A DNA stretch of 64,000 nucleotides from an uncultured Phycisphaerales bacterium (GCA_963758525.1 CAVWVQ010000002.1:1-64000), one strand, 5' to 3'; positions 22,473 through 33,835 are shown, counted from the first letter of the stretch. Translations and numbers: made by a program. The notes: generated by a model from the letters alone, not told the origin.

Positions 22473-23027
22473 ATGAAAAGCAAAGCGCGGACATTTGCCG
22501 ACCACATTTGCGCGGTGCTTGGCGCTCAGGACGCCATTCGCGTATTGCCTGCCACGCGAGCTGGGTTGCCGCCCGTCTGCTGTTTCATCTTCCGCGATCA
22601 GCCGCAGAGCGACCTGATGACTGCAGTCACGTACGGATTATCGCTGAGCGATCACGGCGAGTGGGGAACAGAGAAACCCGAGCTGATCGCATGCGTTCGA
22701 TCATGCGACGAAGAGTGGGGACTTGCCATCGCAGGGTTCGCGGAGCGCCTGCGCGGCGAACACTCATTTGCGTCCGGCTCGATTCTCATGAGCCCATCAC
22801 CCTTCTCAGCTGAGTCGGAGATCAGCGGCTTTCTCCTGGGCGACCAGCAGGTGATTCCGCCCGGCGCGGAAAGCATTGCCTTGGCGACCCGATCGGTACG
22901 ACTGCGCGAAGCCTATCCGATTTACGAATGCGAAGCGGGGTTTATCGGCGATATCGGGCCAACCGCGTTTTTATCGCGACCCGGCGTCGACTTTCGCGAC
23001 GTGCAGCGCGAACATCTCTGGAAGTGA
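22473..23027 (+). CDS. Suppressor-of-fused (SUFU) domain protein
   Basis: RBS gaaggagg; D.P...MTAVTYGLS....W...KPEL, W..A.A, YPIY..E motifs. Confidence 0.75.
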   Translation: MKSKARTFADHICAVLGAQDAIRVLPATRAGLPPVCCFIFRDQPQSDLMTAVTYGLSLSDHGEWGTEKPELIACVRSCDEEWGLAIAGFAERLRGEHSFASGSILMSPSPFSAESEISGFLLGDQQVIPPGAESIALATRSVRLREAYPIYECEAGFIGDIGPTAFLSRPGVDFRDVQREHLWK

Positions 23028-23251
23028 AGGATTCACATGTTCACATGACGTTTAAAATAAATGTCGACGGCTTCGGCGCTTACTAAGGCACTTTGGTGAT
23101 GCAATCACCTGCCCGATGTTCCTTTCTTCGCGCCTGTCTTCGCTGCTTCGCGTCTTCGCGGCTCTTTCCCTTTTTGGGTGGCAGTCGGGAAAGGCGAGAC
23201 CGCGCGAGCGGCTCTTTTTTTGGGTCAAAGCAGCGCTACTCTGAAAGCAGA

Positions 23252-23674
23252 ATGAAATCACATACCCAATACCTCTCGTTCAACATCCCTTCGAAAATGG
23301 CCTTCCTGAACATCACCTCCCAGGTCGAGGAAGCGGTTCGCAAAAGCGGCGTGGTCGAGGGAATCGTGCTTTGCAACAGCATGCACATCACCAGCAGCGT
23401 CTTTATCAATGACGACGAGCGCGGCCTGCACCACGACTTCGGCGTCTGGCTCGAACAACTCGCCCCCTTCAATCCCGACCCCGATCACTACCACCACAAT
23501 CGCACCGGCGAAGACAACGCCGACGCTCATCTGAAACGGCAGATCATGGGCCGGGAAGTGGTTGTGGCGATCACGAAAGGGAAGCTCGATTTTGGTCCGT
23601 GGGAGCAGATCTTTTACGGAGAGTTCGACGGCCACCGGCAGAAGCGGGTGCTGGTGAAAGTCATTGGGGAGTAG
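23252..23674 (+). CDS. yjbQ: YjbQ/UPF0047 family protein
   Basis: NITSQV...[56 protein letters not shown]. Confidence 0.9.
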   Translation: MKSHTQYLSFNIPSKMAFLNITSQVEEAVRKSGVVEGIVLCNSMHITSSVFINDDERGLHHDFGVWLEQLAPFNPDPDHYHHNRTGEDNADAHLKRQIMGREVVVAITKGKLDFGPWEQIFYGEFDGHRQKRVLVKVIGE

Positions 23675-23699
23675 CATAGGATGAGGTCGAGGAAGGCAC

Positions 23700-23957
23700 A
23701 TGACGATCAAAGCAATACTACGCGACGGTCGGATTCAGCCGATCGAACCGCTTCCGCCGGATTGGGCCGAGGGGCAGGAACTGCTCATCGAAGAGCCGGA
23801 GTTGAGCGAGAGGGCGACAGAGATTCAGCGATGGGCAAAGGAGCTCGAAGATTCGACGGCGATTCCAGAGGAGGAACATGATCGCCTCGAACTGGCTCTA
23901 AAGGAGATCGAGCGCGAAAGCAAGGATACCGTTCGGCAGGAATGGGGACTGAAATGA
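23700..23957 (+). CDS. Putative antitoxin (AF2212/DUF104-like N-terminus)
   Basis: 85 aa, acidic; MTIKAILRDGRIQPIEPLP..W.EGQEL; stop overlaps the PIN gene start (ATGA). Confidence 0.7.
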   Translation: MTIKAILRDGRIQPIEPLPPDWAEGQELLIEEPELSERATEIQRWAKELEDSTAIPEEEHDRLELALKEIERESKDTVRQEWGLK

Positions 23958-24371
23958 CGTCGGGCTATATGCTTGACGCCAATCATCTCTCGAAGGCGGT
24001 TCGGGCTGGATCGATTGTTCAACGAAGGATCGCCCGACTGCGACTTGGCGGAGCAAAAATTGGCACTTGCGTGCCAGTGCTCTGTGAGATCGAAGCCGGC
24101 ATTCAGCAGCTCAACCAGCCCGACACTTACCGCCGGGATTTCGCAAGCCTGCTGCGGCAAGTCCGCATATGGCCAATTGATCGATCGACGGCGCGCTCTA
24201 CGGCGAAATTTACCAAGACCTGAAGCGACGCGGCCGGATTCTCTCCCAAGTCGACATGATGCTTGCCGCTCTCACTCGACAAATGAATTTGGCACTCGTC
24301 ACCTCTGATTGGATTTTGCGGCACTGTCGGATATTGCAACCGAAAATTGGATATCCGACGGCGGGACGTAA
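23954..24371 (+). CDS. vapC: VapC-like PIN-domain toxin; two apparent frameshifts (~24195, ~24310)
   Basis: YMLDANHLS, VLCEIEAG, then YGEIYQDLKRRGRILSQVDMMLAAL, LVTSD.DF..L......NW across frames. Confidence 0.8.
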
Positions 24372-24499
24372 TCGTCGATTGCACCATCAGCGCGTGCTTG
24401 GCGCGTCATGACCCGTTTTATCAAGGTCGCGCGGCAGCAGAGCAATCAGCCGCCCGAGCATGGCATGATTCCTGCAATGATGAGTGAGCCGCCCAGAAT

Positions 24500-25471
24500 C
24501 TAGTGAATCCCCTGCCCCGCGAGCCAGCGCTCGGCATCCAGCGCGGCTTTGCACCCCATGCCGGCGGCGGTAATCGCCTGCTTGTAAACCGGATCGGCAA
24601 CGTCTCCGGCGGCGAAGACACCTTCAACGCTTGTCGTCGTGCGATAGGGGTCGGCAAGGATGATGAAGCCCTGCGGGTCAATTTTGAGCTGGTTGTTGAG
24701 AAACTTTGTGTTGGGCGTGTGGCCGATGGCGACGAACATGCCGGCGGCTTGGATCTCCCGCTGTTCGCCGCTGACCAAATTGCGGATGCGCACGCCGGTC
24801 ATCTTCTCACCGGTGCCGAGCACTTCTTCCACGACCGAATTCCAGACCGGTTTCACCTTCGGGTTGTCCAGCAGACGCTTGGCCATGATCTGACTGGCGC
24901 GCAGCGTGTCGCGGCGATGGACCACATACAGTTCCTTGGCGAACTTCGTCAGGTAATTGCCTTCCTCGGCGGCGGAATCGCCGCCGCCGACAACCACGAG
25001 ATTCTGATTGCGGAAGATCGGCAGCGCCCCGTCGCAGACCGCGCAAGCCGAGACACCGTGATTCTTGAACCGCTCTTCAGACTCCAAGCCGAGATAGTTG
25101 GCGCTGGCGCCGGTGGCGATGACCAGCGAGTGAGCCTCGTGCTCGTCGCCGGCGGAGTTCACAACCTTGAATGGTCTGTGGCTCAGATCAACGGAGACCA
25201 CGTCTTCGGTGAGCACGCGCGTGCCGTAGCGCGTCGCCTGCAGGCGCATGTTGACCATCAGGTCCGGGCCGCGGATTCCGTCGGGGAAGCCGGGAAAATT
25301 CTCGACTTCGGTGGTCAAGTTGAGCTGCCCAAGCGGAAGACGGCCGGCCGTGTGGTTTTCATGCGTGCGCGCGCCTTCGATCACCAGGGGATTCATGTTG
25401 GCACGTGCGGCATAAATCGCGCAAGTCCACGCGGCAGGTCCGGAACCGATGATAATGATGTTCTCTGTCAT
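24500..25471 (-). CDS. trxB: Thioredoxin-disulfide reductase
   Basis: [59 protein letters not shown]. Confidence 0.96.
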   Translation of the reverse strand: MTENIIIIGSGPAAWTCAIYAARANMNPLVIEGARTHENHTAGRLPLGQLNLTTEVENFPGFPDGIRGPDLMVNMRLQATRYGTRVLTEDVVSVDLSHRPFKVVNSAGDEHEAHSLVIATGASANYLGLESEERFKNHGVSACAVCDGALPIFRNQNLVVVGGGDSAAEEGNYLTKFAKELYVVHRRDTLRASQIMAKRLLDNPKVKPVWNSVVEEVLGTGEKMTGVRIRNLVSGEQREIQAAGMFVAIGHTPNTKFLNNQLKIDPQGFIILADPYRTTTSVEGVFAAGDVADPVYKQAITAAGMGCKAALDAERWLAGQGIH

Positions 25472-25509
25472 GGGTGGTTGATTCTAGGCTTGTCGAAGAA
25501 TTTCTTTGC

Positions 25510-25576
25510 GCAGGGCGGGATTCATCCCGCCGATTGACTCGCGCCAAAGGAGGCGGCAGGATGAATCCCGCCCTAC
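25510..25576. repeat. GTAG-type REP doublet (no outer shell); supplies the leuB TAG stop
   Basis: gcagggcgggattcatcccgcc ... ggcaggatgaatcccgccctac; same REP as inside the 143-bp element. Confidence 0.85.
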
Positions 25577-26649
25577 GTGTCCCTTCCGAGAGCTGCAATA
25601 ACTGCATCCGTGATCTGCGACGTCGATGCCGTCCCGCCCAGATCGCGCGTGTGATTCTTCGGGTTGGCGACGACCTGCTGGCAAGCCTGCTGGATCGCGC
25701 GGGCGGCTTCCGGTTGATCCAGAAAGTCGAGCATCATCGCAACGGACAGAAACGTCGCGATCGGATTGGCGAAGTTCTTCCCGGCGATGTCGGGAGCGCT
25801 GCCGTGCACGGGCTCGAACATGCTGGCGAATTTGCGGGTTGGATTGAGATTGCCGCTGGCGGCCATCCCCATTCCTCCCTGAATGGCAGCGCCCAGGTCG
25901 GTGATGATGTCGCCGAACATATTGGTGGTCACGATCACATCATAGACGCCCGGCTTGGTCACCATGTACATCGTGCAGGCATCGACATGGTGGTAGTCGG
26001 TCGTGATGTTCGGATATTGTGCTTTGACCTCTTCAAACGCGCGGAGCCAGAGGTTGTGGGCGAAGCGAAGCACATTGGTCTTGGCGACCAGTGTCACCTT
26101 CTTGCGATCGAACTTCACCGCCGTTTCAAATGCGTAGCGAATGCAGCGCTCGACGCCGCGGCGGGTCGTCACTTCGATCTGATTGGCGACCTCGTGCGGC
26201 GTGTCCTTATAGAGAAATCCCCCGTTGCCGCAGTACAGGCCCTCGGTGTTCTCGCGCACGATGATCATGTCGATGTCGGCCGGCGACGCGTTTCGCAACG
26301 GCGTCGGGACGCCGGGCAGGAGTTTGGTGGGCCGGAGGTTGATGTACTGGTCCAGCTCGAACCGCATCTTGAGGAGGATTTCGGTTTCGAGAATCCCTTG
26401 CGGGATCTGGGCCGACCCGCGCGGGTCGACGCCCACAGCGCCAAACAGAATCGCGTCGTGCTGGCCGAGTTCTTTGATGGCCCCGTCAGGCAGCGTTTGT
26501 TTTGTCGCGAGGTAATGTTCGCCGCCGAACGGATAGTCGCTGGTCTTAAACGAGAATCCGAACTTCTGCGCCACCGCATTGAGGACGCGCAGACCCTGTG
26601 GGACGACTTCTTTGCCGACTCCGTCACCAGGCATCACTGCTATGTTCAT
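25573..26649 (-). CDS. leuB: 3-isopropylmalate dehydrogenase (isocitrate/IPM dehydrogenase family)
   Basis: MNIAVMPGDGVGKEV, AILFGAVG, LDQYINLRP, RENTEGLY, NMFGDIITD, SMFEPVHGSAPDIAG..ANP. Confidence 0.85.
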   Translation of the reverse strand: MNIAVMPGDGVGKEVVPQGLRVLNAVAQKFGFSFKTSDYPFGGEHYLATKQTLPDGAIKELGQHDAILFGAVGVDPRGSAQIPQGILETEILLKMRFELDQYINLRPTKLLPGVPTPLRNASPADIDMIIVRENTEGLYCGNGGFLYKDTPHEVANQIEVTTRRGVERCIRYAFETAVKFDRKKVTLVAKTNVLRFAHNLWLRAFEEVKAQYPNITTDYHHVDACTMYMVTKPGVYDVIVTTNMFGDIITDLGAAIQGGMGMAASGNLNPTRKFASMFEPVHGSAPDIAGKNFANPIATFLSVAMMLDFLDQPEAARAIQQACQQVVANPKNHTRDLGGTASTSQITDAVIAALGRDT

Positions 26650-26732
26650 AGGGGGACGGAGAATATCGGGAGAAGCCGATGGGGGAAAGAGGCGGACAAG
26701 CCGGCCGGCTTGGAAGCCCGGCTTGGAAGCCC

Positions 26733-26791
26733 GAATGACGAAACCCGAAATCAGAATCAAAGAATCAAACCCGAATGACGAATGACCGAAT
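26733..26791. repeat. GAATGAC/GAATCAA 7-mer-family repeat arm
   Basis: gaatgacgaaacccgaaatcagaatcaaagaatcaaacccgaatgacgaatgaccgaat; its last ~38 nt match the reverse complement of the arm at ~51737-51775. Confidence 0.8.
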
Positions 26792-26863
26792 TGACTTGTT
26801 CCCTGCCGAGTTTCCTGCGCAATTACAGCTCTGCTGATGCAGGGTAGCTGCCCGTCCGGGGAC

Positions 26864-27827
26864 TCACAGCCGAGGCGCCTGCGCCGCGTTGAGGGTTGCG
26901 TCGGCGATCGCCTCGGTCGATTGATCACCGGCGATCCACCGGACATTTGGAAACCTGCGAAACCACTTCATCTGCTTGCGCGAGCTGCCTTGTGGCGATT
27001 TTGATCTGCTCGATCGTGTCGTCCAGCGGCATCTCTCCCTTGAGATGGGCGATCAACTCGGCGTAGCCAGTCGCTTCCCCGGCGGTATCGGAGAAGCGTC
27101 CGAAGGCATTCAATATTCCGCGGACCTCGTCGAGCCACCCGGCGTCGATCATCCGCCTGGCTCGGGCATTGATGCGGCGATTGAGCGCTTCTCGATCCCA
27201 ATGCAGCCCGACCCACATGGCGGCGTGCCGGGGCGCGAGCCGGCCCCAATCGGTTTGCAGCGTGGAGATCGGTTGTCCCGTGACGTGAAATACTTCCAGC
27301 GCTCGAATCATCCGCCTCGTGTCGTTGACGTGAATCCGTTCCGCCGCGGCAGGATCTACTTTCCGCAGGAGGGCCGCGAGCGCGGGACCATCAAGGCGGC
27401 TCAGGTGATTGCGAAGCGTTGGATCAGCGGACGGACCGGAAAATAAGCCTTCGAATAGCGCTTTGTAATACAGCGGCGTCCCGCCGGTGGCGATCAAGCT
27501 TACACTGCGCACCTTGGCGTCCGCGATTGCTGCATCAGCGGCCTCGACGAAACGTGCGACGGTAAACGTCTCGTCCGGGTTGACCAGATCCAGCAGATGG
27601 TGGCGGATCTCGGCGCGGTCAGCCGAACTCGGCTTGGCGGTTCCGATGTCCATTGCCCGGTAAACCTGCATCGAATCCAGCGAAAGGATTTCGGCGTTGA
27701 GTCGGCGTGCCAACGCCAACGCGACATCCGATTTTCCCGATGCCGTCGGCCCAAGCAGCACCCATAAATTGCAAGGGACTGCCAAGTCGGCACCAACTGC
27801 ATGAATGGCAGAATCCGCCACGTACAC
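26864..27827 (-). CDS. miaA: tRNA dimethylallyltransferase; frameshift at ~26980
   Basis: LGPTASGKS, DSMQVYRAMDIGTAKP, HHLLD, GGTPLY, RALEV; C-terminal TRQLA-RKQMKWFRR continues in a shifted frame to TGA at 26864. Confidence 0.93.
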
Positions 27828-27900
27828 CTCTGAAAATGCTGCAGCTTTTAAATTGCCGTATTTGCAAGACTTACTCTATCACAGGGACGCTCCAAGCTCC

Positions 27901-27915
27901 TGGCATCGGCTTTGT
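27901..27915 (+). promoter_or_regulatory. Possible sigma-54 (-24/-12) promoter of hsp20
   Basis: TGGCATCGGCTTTGT ~50 nt upstream of the ATG; -12 element is GT, not the canonical GC. Confidence 0.35.
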
Positions 27916-27964
27916 TTTACTTCCCCCTGTTGGGATTCATAGTTCAATCAAAAGGAGTTTTATC

Positions 27965-28426
27965 ATGGCACTACCGACAAGAGTTTCTCGTCAGCAGAAC
28001 GAATATCCGTTCGAAGGGGCGCAGCGCGAATTCGAACACATGCTGGGCCGGTTTTTCGGCGGCGGCTCAAACGATGAGGGCGGGCGTCTGGCGCCCTACG
28101 GCGTGGACGTGCGCGAAGACGGCGATCACATTTATGTCGAAGCGGAGCTCCCCGGATTCAAGAAGGATGACGTCGACATCACGCTCGAGAACCAGACGCT
28201 GACCATCTCTGCCCACCGAAAGGCAGAGCAGAAGCAGGGAAATGGCGGCGGCGACAAGGGCGACTGGCTCCTGCGGGAGCGCAGCTACACACGGTTTCTC
28301 CGCAGCTTCACGTTGCCGCCCACTGTCGATGAGCAAACCGTCAACGCCAAACTGAACGACGGCATCCTGACGATTACGCTCAACAAGCGCGAAGAGACCA
28401 AGCCCCGCAAGATCTCCGTGGCGTAA
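27965..28426 (+). CDS. Hsp20/alpha-crystallin small heat-shock protein
   Basis: RBS aaggag; VDVRED, AELPG..KDDVDI, ERSY.RF.RSFTLP, A.LNDGILTITL.K. Confidence 0.95.
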   Translation: MALPTRVSRQQNEYPFEGAQREFEHMLGRFFGGGSNDEGGRLAPYGVDVREDGDHIYVEAELPGFKKDDVDITLENQTLTISAHRKAEQKQGNGGGDKGDWLLRERSYTRFLRSFTLPPTVDEQTVNAKLNDGILTITLNKREETKPRKISVA

Positions 28427-28499
28427 AGACGCCGGATCGGATCGTGCAACCACGCGGCCCAGGGGCGTGCATGCCCCCCTTCCGTGGAGATTTGCCTTC

Positions 28500-28617
28500 T
28501 CCCCTCCCCTGGTACTCCGGGGGAGGGTTGCGGTGGGGGACGTGTTGTGCGTAAGCGCTCTAGGCATCTTTGTCTACCCCTGAATCCGGCTCTCCCCCGA
28601 AGTACCGGGGGAGGGGA
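28500..28617. repeat. CCCTCTCCC-type palindromic element (two inverted halves) between convergent hsp20 and queG
   Basis: tcccctcccctggtactccgggggagggttgcggtggggg ... cccctgaatccggctctcccccgaagtaccgggggagggga. Confidence 0.8.
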
Positions 28618-28649
28618 AAAGAGAGCTCGCCCGAAGTGGCACGCCGCTT

Positions 28650-29645
28650 TCATGTCAAAGATGCGGCGCGCTTTCGCGCCGTTGCGTTGGCCGCAACAAT
28701 CGCGGCGTTGCGCTTGAGGATCGGCAGCTTGACGCGCTTCATCGCCGAGCCGCGCAGGCGGGCGCGGTATTCGTCGTCGGTCCACGTCAACACCTCGTTG
28801 GCGTCGAGCGTTCCCGTCGCGAAGCGCGGCTTCCATGCCGGGTCGCTGGCGATGGGCGCCTTGCGATTAAACGGGCAGACGTCCTGACAGATATCGCACC
28901 CGTAGAGCCAGTCGCCGATGGCGGGTTTGAATTCAGGCGGAATTTCGCCTCGATGCTCGATCGTGAGATAGGAAATGCATCGGCGCGCGTCGAGCTGATA
29001 GGGCGCGGTGATGGCATGCGTCGGGCACGCGTCGATGCAGCGGGTGCAGGAGCCGCAGTGGTCGGCGACAGGTTCGTCCTCCGGGAGCCACAGCGTGGTG
29101 ATAATTTCCCCCAGGAGCAGCCAGGAGCCCAACTGGGGATCGATCACGCACGTGTTTTTGCCCATCCATCCGATTCCCGCCCGGGACGCCAGATCCTTTT
29201 CCAATACCGGCGCCGTGTCGACGCAGGCGCGGGTCTGACAATCGGGGACAGTCTCGCGAATCCAATCGGCCAGCAGATGCAGCCGGGCTTTCATGACCTC
29301 GTGATAATCATTACCTAATGCGTATCGACCGATCTTCCCGGGCGCCGCATTGGAGTCTGGGGCAAGCGGTTCCAGCGGAACATGATAATTCATCGCCACG
29401 CAAATGGCGGTCGCCGCGCCCGGAAAATAGCGTGCCGGCGCGATACGCTCCTCAAATCGCGCGCCCAGATAACTCATCTCCCCTGCCTGCCCCGCATCGA
29501 GCCATTGCCGCAGATATCCGGCATGCGGCGAGTCGTCGCAACGGGCGATGCCGACGCGGTCAAATCCGAGTTCGGCTGCCTTGCGTTTGACGCAAAGGAG
29601 CAAAGCGTAATCGGCTAGATTGATGTCGTGAGACACGGGGGGCAC
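28650..29645 (-). CDS. queG: tRNA epoxyqueuosine reductase
   Basis: LGFDRVGI, RYALGNDYH, VDTAPVLEK.LA..AGIGW.GKN, CGSCTRCIDACPT, CISYLTIE, GCDICQDVCP.N; GTG start approximate. Confidence 0.95.
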   Translation of the reverse strand: MPPVSHDINLADYALLLCVKRKAAELGFDRVGIARCDDSPHAGYLRQWLDAGQAGEMSYLGARFEERIAPARYFPGAATAICVAMNYHVPLEPLAPDSNAAPGKIGRYALGNDYHEVMKARLHLLADWIRETVPDCQTRACVDTAPVLEKDLASRAGIGWMGKNTCVIDPQLGSWLLLGEIITTLWLPEDEPVADHCGSCTRCIDACPTHAITAPYQLDARRCISYLTIEHRGEIPPEFKPAIGDWLYGCDICQDVCPFNRKAPIASDPAWKPRFATGTLDANEVLTWTDDEYRARLRGSAMKRVKLPILKRNAAIVAANATARKRAASLT

Positions 29646-29646
29646 G

Positions 29647-30048
29647 TTAGCGGGCTCTGAATTGTTGCAATTCCGCCTCTTCCGAGAGTGGCGCGACGGC
29701 ACCAGGCAATGCGTTGGCGCCCAGTGAGTTGATGCGCTGTACCAGACTGTTGATTTGTGCGACTGCGCTGCGCACTGCGGCTTCATCGCGAGCGTTTGCG
29801 AGGCGCTCGCGCAGATGATCGATCGCCTTGCGCCACATCACTTCCTCTGGGATCACATCATTCTGTCGAAGGATCTTGAGCGCCCACCACGTCAGGCGGG
29901 CGTTTTCATCCGCAGGCAGCGGCTCCAATTCAATCGGTTTGCCGTGGCCCGGGAGGTTGTCGAACTTCCCTTCCCGCATCGCCTCTTCAATGCGCCGATC
30001 CGCCACCCGGCGCATGACGCTTTCCATGTCGACATTCTTCAGTGCCAT
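29647..30048 (-). CDS. DUF1992 domain protein
   Basis: RIEEAMREGKFDNLPG.GKPI, KIL..N...P. Confidence 0.85.
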   Translation of the reverse strand: MALKNVDMESVMRRVADRRIEEAMREGKFDNLPGHGKPIELEPLPADENARLTWWALKILRQNDVIPEEVMWRKAIDHLRERLANARDEAAVRSAVAQINSLVQRINSLGANALPGAVAPLSEEAELQQFRAR

Positions 30049-30057
30049 TGGGCTGGA

Positions 30058-32411
30058 TTATTGCTGGCTGATAATGAGATGCTTGGCCTCGTCGGCGGGC
30101 AGATTGAGAGCTCCGCGGAACTGAGCGGCGGCGGTGCGAACGTCGGGGGAGGCGGAGCCTTCGATCACCTTCTGGAGGGAATCGATGTCGGACTGCTCGA
30201 GGCGATTGCCGAAGGTGCGGGCGCTCACGGCCAGGCTTTTGTAGAAGCTGGCTTTCACGTCGTCGGTGGTCTTGTCGTCCAGCGCCTTGGCCAGGATTGC
30301 GGGCTGGGCAGACTTCGAATCCATGAGGCTCAACACCGTTGCGGCGGCCTCGGCAACTTCCGGCCGCTTGTCGGCCAGCGAGTTGAGGAGGGTCGGTTCG
30401 GCCGCGGAAAGATCGAACGCGCTCGAGTGGCTGATCGCAATATTCTGCAGCAGGCGCGCGGCCCGGAGTGCGTAATCCGTCGCAATCTTCTCGTCCAGCG
30501 GAAGCCCGCCAACGCGCTGCCGGGCGGATTCAACGGCTTTGGCGAGATCCGCCGCGTCCACCGCCTGCGTGGTGAAGAGGAGCGGATCGCCCAGCGCCTG
30601 CTCTGTCCAGTGAGAAGCCTTGGAAGCGGTGATGATCACGCGCGCGGCACGAGCGAGCCTGGGGCTTTGATTAGCCAGGGCGAACGCGCGTTGAATCTCG
30701 GCGTCACCAAGGGCTTCGGGGATGACGATCACGTCGATGGCGGGAAGCGTCAGCGCCTGCGCGAAGGCAGACTGTGCGTCCGTGCCCGCTGCCGTGCCGT
30801 ACCCCTTCAGGAACCCGGCATACTTGGTCTGCTCATCCTGCGACGGCGCGATAATCAGCACGTTTGCCACGCCGGTCTGCGTGATCGCTTCAGCGAGGAG
30901 CGGCGTCACTTGTTCACTTCCGGTAAACGGCTTTTGCGAAAGCGACGCGGCCAAGGCGAAGGCCGACTCAAAGCGCACCACGCGATCCGGATAGCTCATT
31001 GCCTGAATCAGCGGAGCGTTGCCGCTGGTATCGCCACTGGCGAGGCTGCCGGGTCCCACGATCTGGGCCAGCGACTTGATCACCTTCACGGCGACGGGGG
31101 CGTTGTGATCGGCCATCGAGCGGAGCAGCACTGCATTGAGATACTGGGTGCCGGCATCAACATTATAAAAATCGGCAGAGAGTTTGGAGGCAGTTGGATC
31201 CGTGCCGTCGCCAAGATCGACTTCGCGCTTGTTGTTGGCGGCAAGCCAGAGGCTCAAGGCGTCGGATCGGCCGGAACCCAGATCCAGCGCGTAACGCGCT
31301 TCGCGCATCGCCATCAGGTCGTTGAAGATCGACTGCGGCACTTCGGTCGCCGAAAGTGTCGATCCGTCGCAATTCCACAGGGAAGCCGTAGGGGCTTTAG
31401 GATCGAAGGTGATCGGCGCGTTGCCATAGTAGAACCTCTCGGCCAGTCCGTAGAACAGATCTGCGAGATTCTTATTCGCGAGATTGGCCCCCATTTGGAT
31501 CAAGGCGCTATCGGCCGCGGCATGAATGGCGGCGCTTTGCTTGGGATCCGCCTTCAATTTGGCGAGATAGGGGATGGCAACGTCATAACCGATCTGCGCC
31601 AGCGACGAGATGATCGTCATCAATGCGGGATCATTGTTGGTCAGGGAGGTGGCGGCGAGAAGCGGATTGAGCGCTTCGCGCCCAGCGCGACCAGGCCGCG
31701 GCGAATTGGTTCGTGGAGTTCGGCTTTGGCCGGATCCTTGAGATCTTCGATCATCTGTGGAACCGCCAGCTCGCCGCTCTCGCGCAGTCGCGTGACCGCG
31801 TTCATGAAGGCGCGCTCGCCGTTGCCGAGGCGCTGAATGTTCTCCTCGATGTACTTGGGATCCTTGCGGCGCACCTGGCGGCCGGTGTCGAGCAGCTTGT
31901 CGAGCTGCGAGGCGGCATCGTGCATCTGCGCCTCGGGAGAATTCTTCGCGCCGTCAAGGTTGGCCCATCGGAGCATCCATTCATCCAGCGAGTCATGCCG
32001 GTCAGTAGCAACGGCTTCGAAGTTCTGCAGAATTTCCAACGGCGCCTCGGTGCGGCCCAGCAGCTTTTTGCCATACGCAGCGGCGAAGTCGTAGCGGGCG
32101 ATCTTCCCGTAATGCCAGAAGTCCTCCACGTCGTCGCGCAGGCCCTGGTTCTGATTGATCTCGACGGGGGCCGCGGCGGCAGGTGGTGTGGACGCATCGG
32201 CTGGCGCGGCCGCGGGAGCAGGCGCCGCGCCGGCGGCCGCCGGCGCAGCGGCGGGAGCGGGAGTCGCGCCGGCGTCGGCTGGCGCAGCGGCAGGCGGAGC
32301 AGCCGCGGGCGCGGGGGTTGCCGGCGCAGCAGCGTCCTCGGCGCGCAACATCGGCGAACTGATCATCAACGACAAACCCACGCAGGCAACGAATGATGGC
32401 ACGGGGCGCAT
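30058..32411 (-). CDS. Exported HEAT-repeat protein; frameshift at ~31680
   Basis: Signal peptide, Pro/Ala linker, helical repeats (LRESGELAVP, AMSYPDRVVRFESAFALA, LADKRPEV..AAA); two ORFs join. Confidence 0.8.
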
Positions 32412-32601
32412 GGTGCTGGCCTCCAAGGTGAGTATGCGAAGAAAACGTACTGCTCGGCCGACTCTCGGGGCCGAATTCATCTCTCCGCGGCGGCGGGTGC
32501 TCTCAAGACGGAACGTCCGAAAGCTGGCGAATATCATCGCGTGTGAGGATAGAATCCCAGTCAAATAGTGTCAAGAAAAGACGGAATTGTCACTAGCCGG
32601 C

Positions 32602-32744
32602 GGGTGTGGCGCTCGAAAGTGGCGATCGGCTCCGAGTAGGGCGGGATTCATCCCGCCGATTTGTTGGCCGGCTGAGAAAACGGCGGGATGAATCCCGCCC
32701 TACGATCGCAAAATCTGCAATCGCCACAAATAAAAGTTACACCC
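32602..32744 (+). mobile_element. 143-bp MITE-like element with internal GTAG REP doublet (copy 1)
   Basis: Reads as the exact reverse complement of 47469-47611; both ends begin GGGTGT-N11-GTGGCGAT; core GTAGGGCGGGATTCATCCCGCC..GGCGGGATGAATCCCGCCCTAC. Confidence 0.88.
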
Positions 32745-32759
32745 CTTGCCGGCAATCCC

Positions 32760-32905
32760 AAATGACGAAACCCGAAACCAGAATGGGACAGGAGCCAGGA
32801 GCCAGGAGCCAGAAGCCAGAAGCATGGAGGGAGTCAGTAGAAAGGGGAATCCAGAGCCAGCTTGCTCCTGGCTTCTATTTGACTCTGGTTTCGTCATTCG
32901 GCTTT
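32760..32905. repeat. Composite 7-mer element: AATGACGAAACC arms around GGAGCCA tandem repeats
   Basis: aaatgacgaaacccgaaaccagaat..ggagccaggagccaggagccagaagccagaagc..ctcctggcttct..tctggtttcgtcattcgg. Confidence 0.75.
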
Positions 32906-32963
32906 CCGCGGCTGTTGGCGGCCAATTGCTTTGACCACCGTATCCATTACACTCCCCCCTCCC

Positions 32964-33823
32964 ATGAAAAGTGATCGACGGCACGACCTGAAGACCAACG
33001 CCCTTTCGCGGGGTATCGCAGAACTGCCAGAGTTCGGCCGCCGATACGGCAACAAGGTGCTGCTGGTCCTGATCTTCATCCTTCTGGCGGTCTTCCTGGT
33101 CCGATATCGCGCCAACAGGCCGAGCAAGACCGGATCACCGCGAGCAGCAGCCTGAGCACCGCCGAACGGGCGATTCACGATCTGTGGTACCAACCCGTGT
33201 TGCTCATGGGCGATCAACCGGCGATGGCCAGGTCGCGCGACTCGCTCAGTGCCGAAGCCGAATCCGCGCTGGAGGTGGCGCTCCGCACCGCTGTCGATCC
33301 GAGGGTGCGGGCCGACGCCTATGTGGCGCACGGCAACCTGGACTGGCTGCTGGCGAATTTCCCCCCGCTGCCCGCCGCGGCGACGCAGCCGTCGCTGGCA
33401 CTGCCCAAAAGCAGCGCGGACTATCTTGCTGCTGCCGCCAGCGCATATTCCGAGGTGCTGAAGGATCCACTTTCGAAGAATCAGGCTGCCGTCACCGCTG
33501 CTCGATTTGGGCTGTCGGCGATCGCCGAGAACAAGGAAGACTGGGCGCTCGCCCAGCGATATTACAACGACGTGATCAATGATCCCGGCACGGCCCCCGC
33601 CATGAAAGAATACGGCCAAGGCCGGCTGAAAGTGCTCGAAGATCTCAAGCGCCCGGTTCTGCTGGCATCAGAGCATCCAATTGATGTGCCTCCACCCGTC
33701 GCAGTTCCGACGCTCGGGCCGTTTGGGCCGACCACAGCGCCGGACTCGATCAACGGGCTCTCCCCTTTCTCGATTTCGCCGGCGCCCTACGTGCCAGCAA
33801 CGACACAACCCGGCGGGCGCTAG
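32964..33823 (+). CDS. Single-TM TPR-like protein (YfgM-like architecture); frameshift at ~33118
   Basis: MKSDRRHDLKTNAL, TM segment, helical repeats (AAASAYSEVL, ARFGLSAIAE....ALAQRYY), Pro-rich tail. Confidence 0.7.
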
Positions 33824-33835
33824 CTCTCGCAGTCA

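Noticed and set aside
29755..31836. 693-aa plus-strand ORF
   Set aside because: Antisense shadow of the HEAT-repeat and DUF1992 genes.
32606..32974. 122-aa ORF sharing a peptide with ORF 47245-47721
   Set aside because: The shared peptide is just the translated 143-bp repeat; no evidence of a real gene.
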